64,000 bases of DNA, taken from NCBI GenBank assembly GCA_963811105.1, contig CAWEPZ010000003.1, positions 1-64,000 of the forward strand. The letters run 5' to 3'. Below, one piece after another: positions 41,927 to 52,282 of this stretch. Position numbers and translations under genes: made by a program. Each line of letters begins with the position of its first letter. Positions within the stretch are counted from its first letter, which is position 1. The notes below the pieces were generated by a model. That model was not told where the DNA came from. It did not search any database and saw only the letters and a program-made list of their open reading frames with translations. The DNA is from Candidatus Bathyarchaeota archaeon (GTDB lineage Archaea > Thermoproteota > Bathyarchaeia > Bathyarchaeales > Bathycorpusculaceae).

Positions 41927-42163
41927 TCACCATAGAGCAGCTCTCCGCTCATCAATATCATCCAGGCGCTTCTCAACCGCTAACAACACAGTTTTTTCAG
42001 GCGGCACATAATCTGTGTGCACACTAAACTTGCCATGCGAAGAGAGTAAACCTCGGATGGCCAGCCGAATCGCCTCAGCTCTATTAGGATAGAAACCCCG
42101 ATCAACTGCCTCATCTAAGAGTTTGATGTAGATCCGTGGGACATAGAGACAGATCTGCTTCAC
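41927..42163 (-). CDS. RHH/CopG regulator
   Basis: ICLYVP...LDEAVDRGFYPNRAEAIRLAIR. Confidence 0.85.
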   Translation of the reverse strand: MKQICLYVPRIYIKLLDEAVDRGFYPNRAEAIRLAIRGLLSSHGKFSVHTDYVPPEKTVLLAVEKRLDDIDERRAALW

Positions 42164-42384
42164 CGTCTCGTTCTCCTACCCGTGGTTATCCGGTTAGCCT
42201 TCAACAAACAAAAGATGCCCTTGCTGCAGCCTACCTCACAACTGCAAGACACCGGAACACCAGAAACAACATTGCCCAAAGGCCTCTCGCCCACAGATAA
42301 ATCAAGCGTGACGTCGCGGCGCCTTTGGCAGCAAAACGTCTCCACACACTCACACTCACACTCATAATCTGGATCCTCCATCAA
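42160..42384 (-). CDS. Cys-rich hypothetical protein (first early gene)
   Basis: GGAGG RBS; Cys-rich 74 aa. Confidence 0.55.
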   Translation of the reverse strand: MMEDPDYECECECVETFCCQRRRDVTLDLSVGERPLGNVVSGVPVSCSCEVGCSKGIFCLLKANRITTGRRTRR

Positions 42385-42433
42385 CAGAACCCAGCCTCCA
42401 GGTTACTAAAGACTAAAATTAAGAATTGAACCG

Positions 42434-42455
42434 AAAAAGAAAAAGAAAAAAGAAA
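42434..42455 (-). terminator. Oligo-T terminator-like tract
   Basis: TTTCTTTTTTCTTTTTCTTTTT on minus strand, downstream of tRNA fragment. Confidence 0.5.
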
Positions 42456-42500
42456 GGATTGTGCAGATAAATCAGTGGTTGGAGATATCGCCAGCCGAGA

Positions 42501-42526
42501 ACTAGACCGAACTATACTACCTGGGC
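42501..42526 (-). tRNA. 5' fragment of tRNA-Asp/Glu-like gene (candidate att site or split tRNA)
   Basis: GCCCAGG-TA-GTAT-AGTTCGGTCTAGT resembles archaeal tRNA-Asp/Glu 5' ends; no anticodon arm, T arm or 3' acceptor follows. Confidence 0.6.
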
Positions 42527-42642
42527 TTAAGCGCCGCATCAATACACGATATTTCAACTAATTAATCTTTCCCGCTGAAACTCAACACCGACATACAGAG
42601 CGTTGACAAATTTTAAATATAAAAACAGATAGTTATCAAATC

Positions 42643-43059
42643 ATGACAACTAAACCAGCCAGCTTAGGGATAATTCACAAAATCCTCATTCTGTTTGTAA
42701 TCATAAACATCATAGGGGACATTGGAAACGTTGCGTTCTGGTGGGCAAACTCTTCTGCCAGAGAGGCGTCGCTGAACACCGGAATCATTGGGGTTGCTGC
42801 GGGAGTCGATAATGCTCTTATCGCTGGAACCGTAGTTCTCTTAGTCGTTGCACTTGTATACATTGTCTCATTGTTTGGCTTGCTTCGAAAAAAGAAGTCG
42901 GCGCCGCTTTTGATTGTCGCTATCTCCGTAGCTAACAGGGCACTCGCACTATTTCTGTACTTCATAAGCCCTGCATTTGCTTTCTGGGCAGTCTGGACAA
43001 TTATACTCTTAGTACTAGCGTACCTTGATTACAAAAAAATAAAAGCCCTAATCGTCTAG
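42643..43059 (+). CDS. Four-TM membrane protein
   Basis: Hydrophobic helices. Confidence 0.75.
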   Translation: MTTKPASLGIIHKILILFVIINIIGDIGNVAFWWANSSAREASLNTGIIGVAAGVDNALIAGTVVLLVVALVYIVSLFGLLRKKKSAPLLIVAISVANRALALFLYFISPAFAFWAVWTIILLVLAYLDYKKIKALIV

Positions 43060-43103
43060 GCATAAATTTCCTATTTTTCTTTTTTGGGCTTGGCTTTTTG
43101 GGG

Positions 43104-43571
43104 TCAATGTTTCTTACCCGACATATAATCAATATCGATTCTGCCCATCGTTGTTGAAGAAAGTTTTTCAGGCCTTATCTTCACAAGCTTCGCTTCGGGG
43201 TTTAGAGAAACCTGCCTAACTAAAACTTCCATCGCATGTTGCTTCTCATTTAAATCCTCAATTATCTGCATCTTGCCCGAAAAATGAACCGATGTGTAAA
43301 CGTAGTCGCACTCTTCTTTGACGCCGAAATCATGCACTGCCTGTCCCCAAACGATGTTGTTGGCTTTTTGATAGACGAGTTTTTTGCCTTCTGGAGCGCA
43401 ATGAAAATAGAGGCAGTTTTTGGCTTCGTCATAGCCATGATTAAGCGAAACAAGATAGGGCTTATTATCCATGCACAAAGCGACAGTAACATATTTAGTA
43501 GCTTTGAGAACTTGCAATAGCTCGGGGGCATTAGTTATTTCTCGGTCTTTACGCCTAACATGAAAAGTCAT
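43104..43571 (-). CDS. Pyridoxamine 5'-phosphate oxidase-like/NimA family protein
   Basis: RRKDREI, PYLVSLNHGY, LYFHCAPEGKK and YTSVHFSG motifs. Confidence 0.9.
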   Translation of the reverse strand: MTFHVRRKDREITNAPELLQVLKATKYVTVALCMDNKPYLVSLNHGYDEAKNCLYFHCAPEGKKLVYQKANNIVWGQAVHDFGVKEECDYVYTSVHFSGKMQIIEDLNEKQHAMEVLVRQVSLNPEAKLVKIRPEKLSSTTMGRIDIDYMSGKKH

Positions 43572-43664
43572 GATTCCAATAGACTGTGCAGCAAATATTA
43601 ACTTTTAGATGTTATCCATGCTTCTTTATTAGAAGGACTGATTTAGCATTCTAACAGGTCTAAG

Positions 43665-44273
43665 ATGGTAAGTTTAGGAGATCAATATCGATGCCCAACA
43701 GGTCCTCGGGGCAGGCTAGTTGCTGCAAAAATGAATCGGAATCATAAGAAGCTTACACTGTGGGGGTTAACAAAGATAACCATTGACTCAGACTTTGTGG
43801 TTTTGGATGTGGGTTGTGGAGGAGGCATTACTATTGGTAGGTTAGCTCAGTTGGCGCCACAAGGAAAAGTCTTCGGCATTGACTATTCAGCTGACATGGT
43901 AAAATTTTCCAGAAAAATCAATAAAATGCTCATCGCTCAAAACCAGGTCGAAATAATTGAAGGATCCGTTGAAAGAATGAGTTTTAACGATAACTTCTTT
44001 GATTTGGTGACAGCCTTTGAAACTTACTATTTCTGGGCAAATTTATGTAATACCTTGAGGGAAATAAGAAGGGTGTTAAGGCCAGGAGGGAAATTGCTTT
44101 TAGTGAATGAATTGCTTTATGGAGTTACGTCTGCAAAGCTCATTGAGCAAACGCGTGTAAAAGTCTTCCCGCTAGAAGATATCCAAAATGTTATGCAGTC
44201 GGTTGGTTTTGTGAATGTCCAAGTATTCACTAAGGCTAAATCAGCTTGGAACGCGCTTCTCGGCCAAAAATAA
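43665..44273 (+). CDS. Class I SAM-dependent methyltransferase
   Basis: VLDVGCGGG, FDLVTAFET and RVLRPGG motifs. Confidence 0.92.
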   Translation: MVSLGDQYRCPTGPRGRLVAAKMNRNHKKLTLWGLTKITIDSDFVVLDVGCGGGITIGRLAQLAPQGKVFGIDYSADMVKFSRKINKMLIAQNQVEIIEGSVERMSFNDNFFDLVTAFETYYFWANLCNTLREIRRVLRPGGKLLLVNELLYGVTSAKLIEQTRVKVFPLEDIQNVMQSVGFVNVQVFTKAKSAWNALLGQK

Positions 44274-44300
44274 ACGGATACGTTTAGGCGAAATAGTGCT

Positions 44301-44888
44301 TCAGGACTTTACGGTTCTGAGCCATTCCAAAAATACTTCCCGCATCCTCTGCGGGCTCTCGATCACATGCATGCCATCCATAGTTTCAAGTTTTCGCACC
44401 TGGTCAGCTTCTTCTTTGCGTACCCGAAGCTTAAGTTCTTTGCCATTTGGTAGCTTCGTATAAACTACGCTTTCTCTGTAGTCTGATGGCAAGATGTAAA
44501 CAGGGCGAAATGCCTTGAGGCTCATAAGTGCTCCGTTGGTGAGCATAGTGTCGCTTATGCTATTTGCGATTTTAGCCACTGTGTTGGAACTGGCAGGGGC
44601 TATCAGTAGGAACTCGTATTTGCCACTTTGCAGCCAAGCAGCTAGAAAAGGCGAATTTGAGTTAACTTCAACAGTTACCTTGGCAAAAGTTTGTTTAATC
44701 TCCTCTTCAAGTCGATAGAATTTGAGCATGGTCTCGGCGGCTTTAGAGAGGAAAACATCTATCTCCACAACATCCCCTGACTGCCTTCTCAGATCATTCA
44801 TAACTTCCACGATTTCAGCGATTTTATCGCCGGCGCCCGTTATCCCCCAAGCAACCTTAAGTTTCTTTATTTTAACTGCTTCGCTCAT
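44301..44888 (-). CDS. afpA: Archaeoflavoprotein AfpA
   Basis: VAWGITGAG, NSNSPFLA and APASSNTVAKIA motifs. Confidence 0.88.
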   Translation of the reverse strand: MSEAVKIKKLKVAWGITGAGDKIAEIVEVMNDLRRQSGDVVEIDVFLSKAAETMLKFYRLEEEIKQTFAKVTVEVNSNSPFLAAWLQSGKYEFLLIAPASSNTVAKIANSISDTMLTNGALMSLKAFRPVYILPSDYRESVVYTKLPNGKELKLRVRKEEADQVRKLETMDGMHVIESPQRMREVFLEWLRTVKS

Positions 44889-44903
44889 AAAAGGTCAACC
44901 CAC

Positions 44904-45500
44904 TTATTTTTCGGCATACTGCTCCATAGTAGTGGCAAATCTCTTCACGGTTTTCTTCAAACTTCTAAACCCTTCCGTATCTGCCATGACCCCTTCCATC
45001 GTGTCTTTGCTCCAAAAGGTTGCGCCTAAATTAGCGCCAAAAAACCCGCCGCCGACAGGAATCATGCCGTTTATGATGTAGAAGTTATGAATCTGCATAA
45101 GCGCGAATTCTTGCCCGCCGTTTCTATCTCCTCCCACTACAATGCCCATTCCGATTTTGCCCTTGAAAAAATTTTTGTCTCCAGCAACCACTGCTCTTGT
45201 TCTATCCATCACTGCTTTTGTTTGGGCGCTAACTCCACCGTTATAGACGGGTGACGAAAAAATAATTCCTTTGGCCTCCGTAAGAAGCACATAAAGATCC
45301 TGCATATCATCTTGAACAATGCATTCCTTGTTTTTTAGGCAATAATCGCAATGGGAACATAACTCAATCCATTTTCCATGAACGGCCCAAAAACGTGTTT
45401 CAAACCCTTTCTCCTCAAGCATACGTAGCGCTTCTTTCAAAACATAGTCAGAGGTTTGCTGTCTTGGACTGCCGCAAATTCCCACTATCATAATCTTCAC
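44904..45500 (-). CDS. Iron-sulfur flavoprotein / NADPH-dependent FMN reductase
   Basis: GSPR, CxxCxxCxxxxxC, SPVYNG and GGDRNGGQE motifs. Confidence 0.9.
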   Translation of the reverse strand: MKIMIVGICGSPRQQTSDYVLKEALRMLEEKGFETRFWAVHGKWIELCSHCDYCLKNKECIVQDDMQDLYVLLTEAKGIIFSSPVYNGGVSAQTKAVMDRTRAVVAGDKNFFKGKIGMGIVVGGDRNGGQEFALMQIHNFYIINGMIPVGGGFFGANLGATFWSKDTMEGVMADTEGFRSLKKTVKRFATTMEQYAEK

Positions 45501-45692
45501 TATACGTTAATTGTAAATTTACATTAAAGTCTTACTCCACTCTGTCTTACAAAGAAACAGTTTATTGCACTTTGGCGTCAATCATGTTTTGGCCTTTCTC
45601 AAAGTTCGGAAACAATTTAAATCTGCAGAAAACCTAAAGGTGTTTCCCACTCATTAACTAAAAATAACAAAAAGAAAAGATTGAGATGTTGA

Positions 45693-47909
45693 TTATTCTT
45701 TTTCGAAGTATTCTTCTGGTTTTGGCGGGATCGGTGGTAAACCTCTGCGCTCGCGAATCTTCTTTATTGTGTCAGCTTGCATCTGTTCCGGAACTGGTGC
45801 CCAACGGCTAAATTGAGTCGCCCAGAATGCTCTGCCCGAAGTTGAGCCACGCAATTCATCAGCGATGCCGAAGCTTTCGGAAACTGGCATTTCAGCCTTC
45901 ACAGTAATCATGTCTTCTTCAGAGGGCATGTCAAGGATTTTTCCTCGTCTCTTGTTAAGCATTGTGATTACTGCGCTGACGAATTCGGCTGGAACTTTAC
46001 ATTCGAAGCTCATAAGTGGTTCAAGCAGTTTTGGATCAGTCAATAGTATACAGCAGTATATTGGTCTCCATGTCATTGGGATAGCTTGTGCTGGTCCTCT
46101 GTGGACTGGGTCTTCATGGAGAGTTATGTCTTCAAGGTTGATTTTCAAGCCGTAAGCTGGTTCTTTAGCTAATGGCGACGTATGAACTGCTTCACGGAAT
46201 CCACTTTTTATGTGATCTAGAATTTCCTCAACATATTGTCTTCCACGAATACGGTTGACAAGAATGCAGTTTTCTTCAACAGCTACTGCTCCTTTTGCTT
46301 CGTCCGCTGGCCAACCTAAAGCACGTAGAGTTTTTGTCCGCTCATCTTTGCTTTGCATGTCATTAATTTTATCCGACTTTATGGCTTCAATAACTTCATC
46401 TGATAGTCTCTCGATGGTTATCCAGAGTTTGTTGTGTTTGTTGGGGCTTTTACCCATGATTGCAGGACCTTTGTAATCGTGACTTATTGTTTCTCGGTAG
46501 ATGACGATTGGCTTGCTAAGTTTGACTTTCAAACCTGCTTCTTGCATTCGGTAAGCGGTAATCTCAAGGTGAAGTTCACCCATACCTGAAAGGAGGAATT
46601 CACCGCTTTCCTTGTTCATAATGAAGTGTAGATTAGGGTCTTCTGTTGTTAACTTGTGCATGACTTTGTCGAATAATGGTAGGTCTTTGACATCTTCGGG
46701 TTCAACAGCTACGGTTACGACTGGATCTGAAACGTATCTTAAGCCCTCAAATGAATGTACTTCCACGCCATCTTCAGCGACGGTTTCGCCGACATGTATG
46801 GATGGTAAACCTGAGATTGCTCCGATGTTGCCCGCTGGAACACGATCGATAAGAACTCTGTCAGTTGCCATACTCATGAAAACCTGCTGAATAGTGCCTT
46901 TCTGGCTACTGCTTACAAGCTGCACTGTTTTTCCTCTTTCGACTGAGCCGCTGAAAATTCTGCCAATAGCAACCGTGCCGCTGTGTGGATCAACTTCAAT
47001 GGTGGATATGCACATGAGTAAGGGGGCATTTGGATCTACTTTTGCCATTCCTATACCTGTTGCGCTGTCTACGTCTCCTGGCCATATCTGTGGTTGCCTG
47101 TAAGGTTGTGCCTCGAATGGGTTAGGTAAGTGTTTGACAAACATGTCTAGAATTGGTTCAGGTAGTGGTGCTCTTTTGCTGAGTTCATCAACTTTTCTAC
47201 CTACGTCTACGGGGTCACCTGTGTAGGCGTCGATTATGTCTTGGAAAGTGACTTTCTTTAGTTTCATGTGGTCAATGTTTAAGCCCCATTTGTGAAGTGC
47301 TGAACCAAAAGCCACCCGACCGTCTTCAACGTTCACTTGCCAATCTTTTTTGTGTTCTGCAGGTGCATATTTCTCAATTAAATTGTTAACTCTTAGAAGA
47401 ATCTTGGCAAATTTCTTTTGAATTTCTGCTGGGGTAAGTTTGATTTCTTTAATCAATCTGTCAACTTTATTTATGAAGAGAATAGGTTTAACGCGTTCAC
47501 GAAGGGCTTGCATTAAAACAGTTTCTGTTTGAGTCATTGGCCCCTCAACAGCGTCGACAACCACTAATGCTCCGTCAACGGCTCGAAGACTTCTCGTTAC
47601 TGCACCTGAAAAGTCAATGTGTCCAGGTGTGTCGATAAGGTTGATTAGATAATCTTTTTGTTGGTAAGTGTGGACTAAGCTAACGTTTGAGGCGAAAACT
47701 GTCATTTGACGCTTTTGTTCAAGGTCCCAAGAGTCTAGAAACAGTTTTTGTCCAGCAGTTTGAGTGCTGATAATTCCTGCTGCTGCGAGTAAACTGTCAG
47801 AAAGGGTGGTTTTTCCATGATCGACGTGAGCGATAATGCTTGTGTTTCTGATAAATGTGGGGGTTTCCATCAGTTTAACTATTTCATCTGTTTGCCTATA
47901 ACGAGCCAT
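45693..47909 (-). CDS. fusA: Archaeal elongation factor 2 (possibly the aEF-2 paralog)
   Basis: AHVDHGKTT, DTPGH, NKVD, GMGELHLE and HEDPVHRGPAQ motifs. Confidence 0.92.
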   Translation of the reverse strand: MARYRQTDEIVKLMETPTFIRNTSIIAHVDHGKTTLSDSLLAAAGIISTQTAGQKLFLDSWDLEQKRQMTVFASNVSLVHTYQQKDYLINLIDTPGHIDFSGAVTRSLRAVDGALVVVDAVEGPMTQTETVLMQALRERVKPILFINKVDRLIKEIKLTPAEIQKKFAKILLRVNNLIEKYAPAEHKKDWQVNVEDGRVAFGSALHKWGLNIDHMKLKKVTFQDIIDAYTGDPVDVGRKVDELSKRAPLPEPILDMFVKHLPNPFEAQPYRQPQIWPGDVDSATGIGMAKVDPNAPLLMCISTIEVDPHSGTVAIGRIFSGSVERGKTVQLVSSSQKGTIQQVFMSMATDRVLIDRVPAGNIGAISGLPSIHVGETVAEDGVEVHSFEGLRYVSDPVVTVAVEPEDVKDLPLFDKVMHKLTTEDPNLHFIMNKESGEFLLSGMGELHLEITAYRMQEAGLKVKLSKPIVIYRETISHDYKGPAIMGKSPNKHNKLWITIERLSDEVIEAIKSDKINDMQSKDERTKTLRALGWPADEAKGAVAVEENCILVNRIRGRQYVEEILDHIKSGFREAVHTSPLAKEPAYGLKINLEDITLHEDPVHRGPAQAIPMTWRPIYCCILLTDPKLLEPLMSFECKVPAEFVSAVITMLNKRRGKILDMPSEEDMITVKAEMPVSESFGIADELRGSTSGRAFWATQFSRWAPVPEQMQADTIKKIRERRGLPPIPPKPEEYFEKE

Positions 47910-48539
47910 AATTATTTATTCTCCATTATTTTTGTTATTTTTAACCTTCTGATTTTTGATTGAATATACATAGCATTCTAGGAATCTCTCGAAATTGGTA
48001 AGCTACATGGAAAGTGAAATTGTAGCCTATTAACTTTATGGCATGCTTTTTTGAAACACTTGGGCAATCAACAATTGAATAATGAATACGATATCCATGT
48101 AATTCGTGTTGAAATTTTACATTTTTTGCTAGTTTTGCTCATCTAACCGACAGGAGAACGATAGATCATATTTTGCAAGTCAATTAAGTTTATTTTACAA
48201 AAAAGGATAAAAGAACTTATTTGCCTATAGAAAAACAGTAAATTTCACAGGTGAAAAGAATTAAATGGATAAGAAAAATCTTGACTGGTTTAAATTTGCC
48301 ACTTTACGCTTAAATTTTGCTTTATATCCGATTAGTTTAAATTCGAGAAATGGGTATAAAACCGAAAATAGTCTTAAGATGCCAATTAAACTAGGTCAAA
48401 ACGTGTGAATATGAATGTGCTCTCAATTGGTTTCAGTTCAAGAATATGGATTAGTATTAAACGGTCAATTTGCATTAATCGACTTTCTTTTTGGGGTTGT
48501 CATAAACTAGTTAGTTTACTAAGGTTTTGGCGAATTTAG

Positions 48540-51336
48540 TTGGAAAAAGCTGCTTCTATGCCTATTGAAGAAGTTTTCGGCGACTTAAAGACGTCGTCTA
48601 ACGGTCTAACTAGTGAAGAGGCTAAGCTTCGCCTGAAGAAAATACGGATACAACAAACTCTCTGAAAAGAGGCAGATTCCCTTTGTCCACAAATTCATTA
48701 AGCATCTTCGTGACTTATTTGGCATACTCTTGATAGTTGCAGCAGTATTATCTTTTCCGACTAACCCTTCACTTGGTTTAATTATTCTCGCAGTAGTTTT
48801 CGTCAACATTTTTGTCGGAATTTTCCAAGAATCACGCGCTGAAAAAGCTATGGCAACCCTCAAAAGCTGGATGCCTGAGTTTGCAAAAGTACTTCGTGAT
48901 GGAGAACTCAAGAAGATCTCAGTAAGCGAAATTGTTCCAGGCGACATCGTCTTCCTAGAGGAAGGTGACAGGGTTCCGGCCGATTCGCGGTTGATGGAAG
49001 CTTTTGATTTATGGACCAATAATGTTCCTTTAACTGGAGAATCTGAACCCCAGCCACGCGTCGCCCAAACAGTAAAAATAGTTGAGAAAGCCTATCTATA
49101 TGCACCCAACCTAATTTTCATGAGCACTAGCGTAGCTAAAGGTCAAGGCAAAGCCATAGTTTACGCGACTGGGATGAATACTCAGTTTGGAAGAATCGCT
49201 AATTTAACTCAAACAATCCACGAAGAAGAAAGCCCACTTCAAAAAGAAATTGCGTTAACCGCAAAGTATGACTTCACAATCGCTGTTGCTGTAGGCTTTG
49301 CTTTCTTTGCCGCCAGTTTTCTTTTCTTGCACGTGTCACTTGCACCAAGCATTTTATTTATGGTTGGTGTAATGGTGTGTTGCGTTCCTGAAGGTCTGCA
49401 GGTTACTGTTTCCAGTGCCTTAGCCATCAATGTTCTGAAAATGGTAAAGCAAAACGTCTTGGTAAAACGGTTATCTGCTGTGCAGACTCTGGGGAGCGTC
49501 ACGGTAATCTGCACGGATAAAACTGGCACAATAACCAAAGGCGAAATGACAGTAAACAAACTCTGGGTTTATGACTACGTCGTAGACGTTTCTGGCTTAG
49601 GCTATAAACCTGAAGGCGACTTCACTATTAACGGCCAGCCGCTGAATGCAAAACAAACCGGACCTCTGGAAAAGCTCATAGAGATTGCTGCTCTCTGCAA
49701 CGGAGCAAGGCTTGATCCTCCTTCCGAAAGGAACAAAAATTGGAGTGTTATAGGTGACCCAACTGACGGCGCTTTACTTGTTGCAGCATTAAAATCAAGT
49801 GTGAATATTCAGGATGCTTTAGCCGAGAAACCAATTGTTCATGTGTTACCTTTCAGTTTTGAACGGAAATGCATGACTACCGTGCACAGCTTGAATGGCG
49901 ATGTTTTCGTTTACTCTAAAGGTGCGCCAAGGAACATATTGGATTTATGTAACAAAGTGCTTGTTGATGACAAAGTTGAAGAGTTAAACGCGGAAAAAAT
50001 GGCTTGGATAGAATCACGAATTCATGAATTTGCAAACGAGGGTTTGCGGGTCATCGCAGTCGCTTACAAGAAGACTCCAAAAAGTGATTACAGCAAAGAC
50101 GGCGAAATTGAAACTAATCTAATCTTTGTGGGTTTAGCTGCAATGCGTGATCCACCAAGAATAGAAGTGAAAGAAGCCGTTTTGAAGGCGAAACAAGCAG
50201 GAGTAAAAACCGTTATAATTACTGGAGACTATGGTCCAACTGCCCAGGCCATTGCCCAAGAAGTTGGAATAGTAGATAGAGGGTGCTGTCAAATTATTCG
50301 AGGGGTGGACTTGGATGATTTAAGCGACAAAGCTATTACTGATGAAGTTCTCAAAGGCAACGTGATTTTTGCTCGAGTTTCACCTGAGCAAAAACTCCGC
50401 ATAGTCAAAACACTGAAGAAGAGTGGCGAAATTGTTGCGGTCACTGGTGACGGAGCGAACGATGCACCTTCACTTAAAGAAGCAGACATCGGCGTTGCCA
50501 TGGGGGCTTCAGGCACTGATGTGGCGCGTGAAGCAGCAGACATTGTTCTGCTTGATGACAGCTTTGCCTCCATCGTAAAAGCCGTCGAGTCAGGAAGAGC
50601 AATTTACGAGAACATTCGCAAGTTTATTGTTTACGTGTTTTCGCACAATTGGGCTGAGCTAATCCCGTTCGTTCTCTATGCTGTTCTGGGTATTCCTTTG
50701 CCGCTTCTTGTAGTTCAAGTTTTAGCGATCGACCTTGTGATAGACGTCATTCCATCGTTAGCTTTGAGTCGCGAACCCCCTGAATCTGGAATCATGGAAG
50801 AGCCGCCGAGAAGCATAAAAGAAAGGTTGTTCACCCGCAAGGTTCTTTTACGTTCAGTTTTCATCGGAGTCATCATTGCAGCTGGGGCTATGATTGGCTG
50901 CCTTAATGCTTGGGCGGCAGGTGGATGGCATATTGGAATGCCTGTTCCATCTGACTGGCAATTTGGTGCATCTGGAATAATTAGCAGTCCTATTTACTTA
51001 AAAGGTGTAACAATGATGTTCGCCGGTATTGTCGTAGCTCAGGTAGGCAACGTTTTGGCTTGTCGAACTAGCAAACAGTCAATCTTTAAAACAAGCTTCA
51101 GAACGAACAGGTGGATACTTATTGGCATTATAGCTCAACTTACAATATTGTCCTTGCTAATTTATGTTCCAATAATGCAGAGAATTTTTGGAACAGTTTC
51201 TTTGGGTTTGAGTGAGTGGCTATTTTTGCTCTCTCTTGCTTTAATAGTTGTTTTCGCTGAGGAAATCCGCAAATTCTTCAGCCGAAGATTCACCAAAACA
51301 AGCAATGAACAGCTCAAAGTGCATGACCACGTTTAA
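48540..51336 (+). CDS. Cation-transporting P-type ATPase (type II); extra A near 48640 shifts the N-terminus
   Basis: TGES, PEGL, DKTGT and TGDGAND motifs; upstream frame gives GLTSEEAKLRLKK/YGYN. Confidence 0.93.
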
Positions 51337-51394
51337 AGCATTCTAAAAACCTGTTTTGAAAAGTTTATTATGCGTGGCTTAGTTATCTTGGTTA

Positions 51395-52282
51395 ATGTCT
51401 AACAGAAACTTTTTCCTAAACCGATACAAATCGTTAGGCTGGCATTTCCAAGAGCCTGATATTGAGCAAGCAATCAGAATAAACACCATAAATGCTAAAG
51501 GAAAGAATATTGTCCAACGGCTTGATAGTTTAGGGTTTAAGCTTGCGAAGATTCCTTTTCTTGAACAAGGCTATTGGGTTAAGAGCACGAAAGTTTCGGT
51601 TGGAGCCAGCGTAGAATACCTGTTAGGCTTTTATTCGATTCAGGAAGCTGCCGCTCAAATTCCAGTAAGCCTTTTCGCCACTTTGAAAGGCAAAATGGTG
51701 CTTGATGCCTCGGCAGCGCCGGGAGGGAAAACCGTTCAACTTGCAGACATCATGGACAATACAGGCACCATTACAGCTTTAGACATAAACAAGCAACGGC
51801 TCATGGTCATGGCAAACCAGTTGGAGCGCTGCCACATCAGCAATACAATCGTCTATAAATTAGATGCTCGCCAGGCGACAAACTTGAACCGCACGTTTGA
51901 CCGCATACTGCTTGATGTTCCTTGCTCCGGCAACTTTGCTTCAGACAGTGGTTGGTTAAACCGAAGAAGCCTCGCTGACATAGAGCGCAACGCAAAAATC
52001 CAAAAAGAAATCCTTTCAACCGCGGTAAAATGCTTAGCCGCGGACGGTGAAATCGTTTATTCCACGTGCTCCTTGGAACCTGAGGAGAATGAGTTAAACA
52101 TGGATTGGGCAGTCAAAAACTTAGGATTGCAAATCACATATATTGATTGCATAGGCACAAATGGGTTGACTGAGGTTTTCGGAAGAAGACTTGACCCACA
52201 AGTAGCAAACTGCAAGCGAATCTGGCCAGGAGAAACTCAAGGTTTCTTCTTATCTAAGCTGCGGAAGGTGCAGGTGCAGTGA
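51395..52282 (+). CDS. RsmB/NOL1/NOP2 RNA m5C methyltransferase
   Basis: AAPGGKT, DVPCSG and YSTCS motifs. Confidence 0.93.
   Translation: MSNRNFFLNRYKSLGWHFQEPDIEQAIRINTINAKGKNIVQRLDSLGFKLAKIPFLEQGYWVKSTKVSVGASVEYLLGFYSIQEAAAQIPVSLFATLKGKMVLDASAAPGGKTVQLADIMDNTGTITALDINKQRLMVMANQLERCHISNTIVYKLDARQATNLNRTFDRILLDVPCSGNFASDSGWLNRRSLADIERNAKIQKEILSTAVKCLAADGEIVYSTCSLEPEENELNMDWAVKNLGLQITYIDCIGTNGLTEVFGRRLDPQVANCKRIWPGETQGFFLSKLRKVQVQ

Larger units (their letters stand above)
1..42500 (-). mobile_element. Integrated tailed archaeal provirus (Caudoviricetes-like, siphovirus-type), left end outside window
   Basis: Co-oriented portal, protease, scaffold, HK97-type MCP, head-tail adaptor, gp10-like, tail terminator, tail tube, chaperone, tape measure and tail-tip genes in canonical order; early HTH cluster; switch to housekeeping genes after a tRNA fragment at 42.5 kb. 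Confidence 0.9.

Noticed and set aside
1-42500. Integrase or large terminase gene
   Set aside because: No tyrosine/serine recombinase or terminase ATPase motifs seen; probably left of the window
48540-48730. Programmed frameshift at the P-type ATPase N-terminus
   Set aside because: One extra A in a short A-run of a housekeeping gene; most simply a sequencing error
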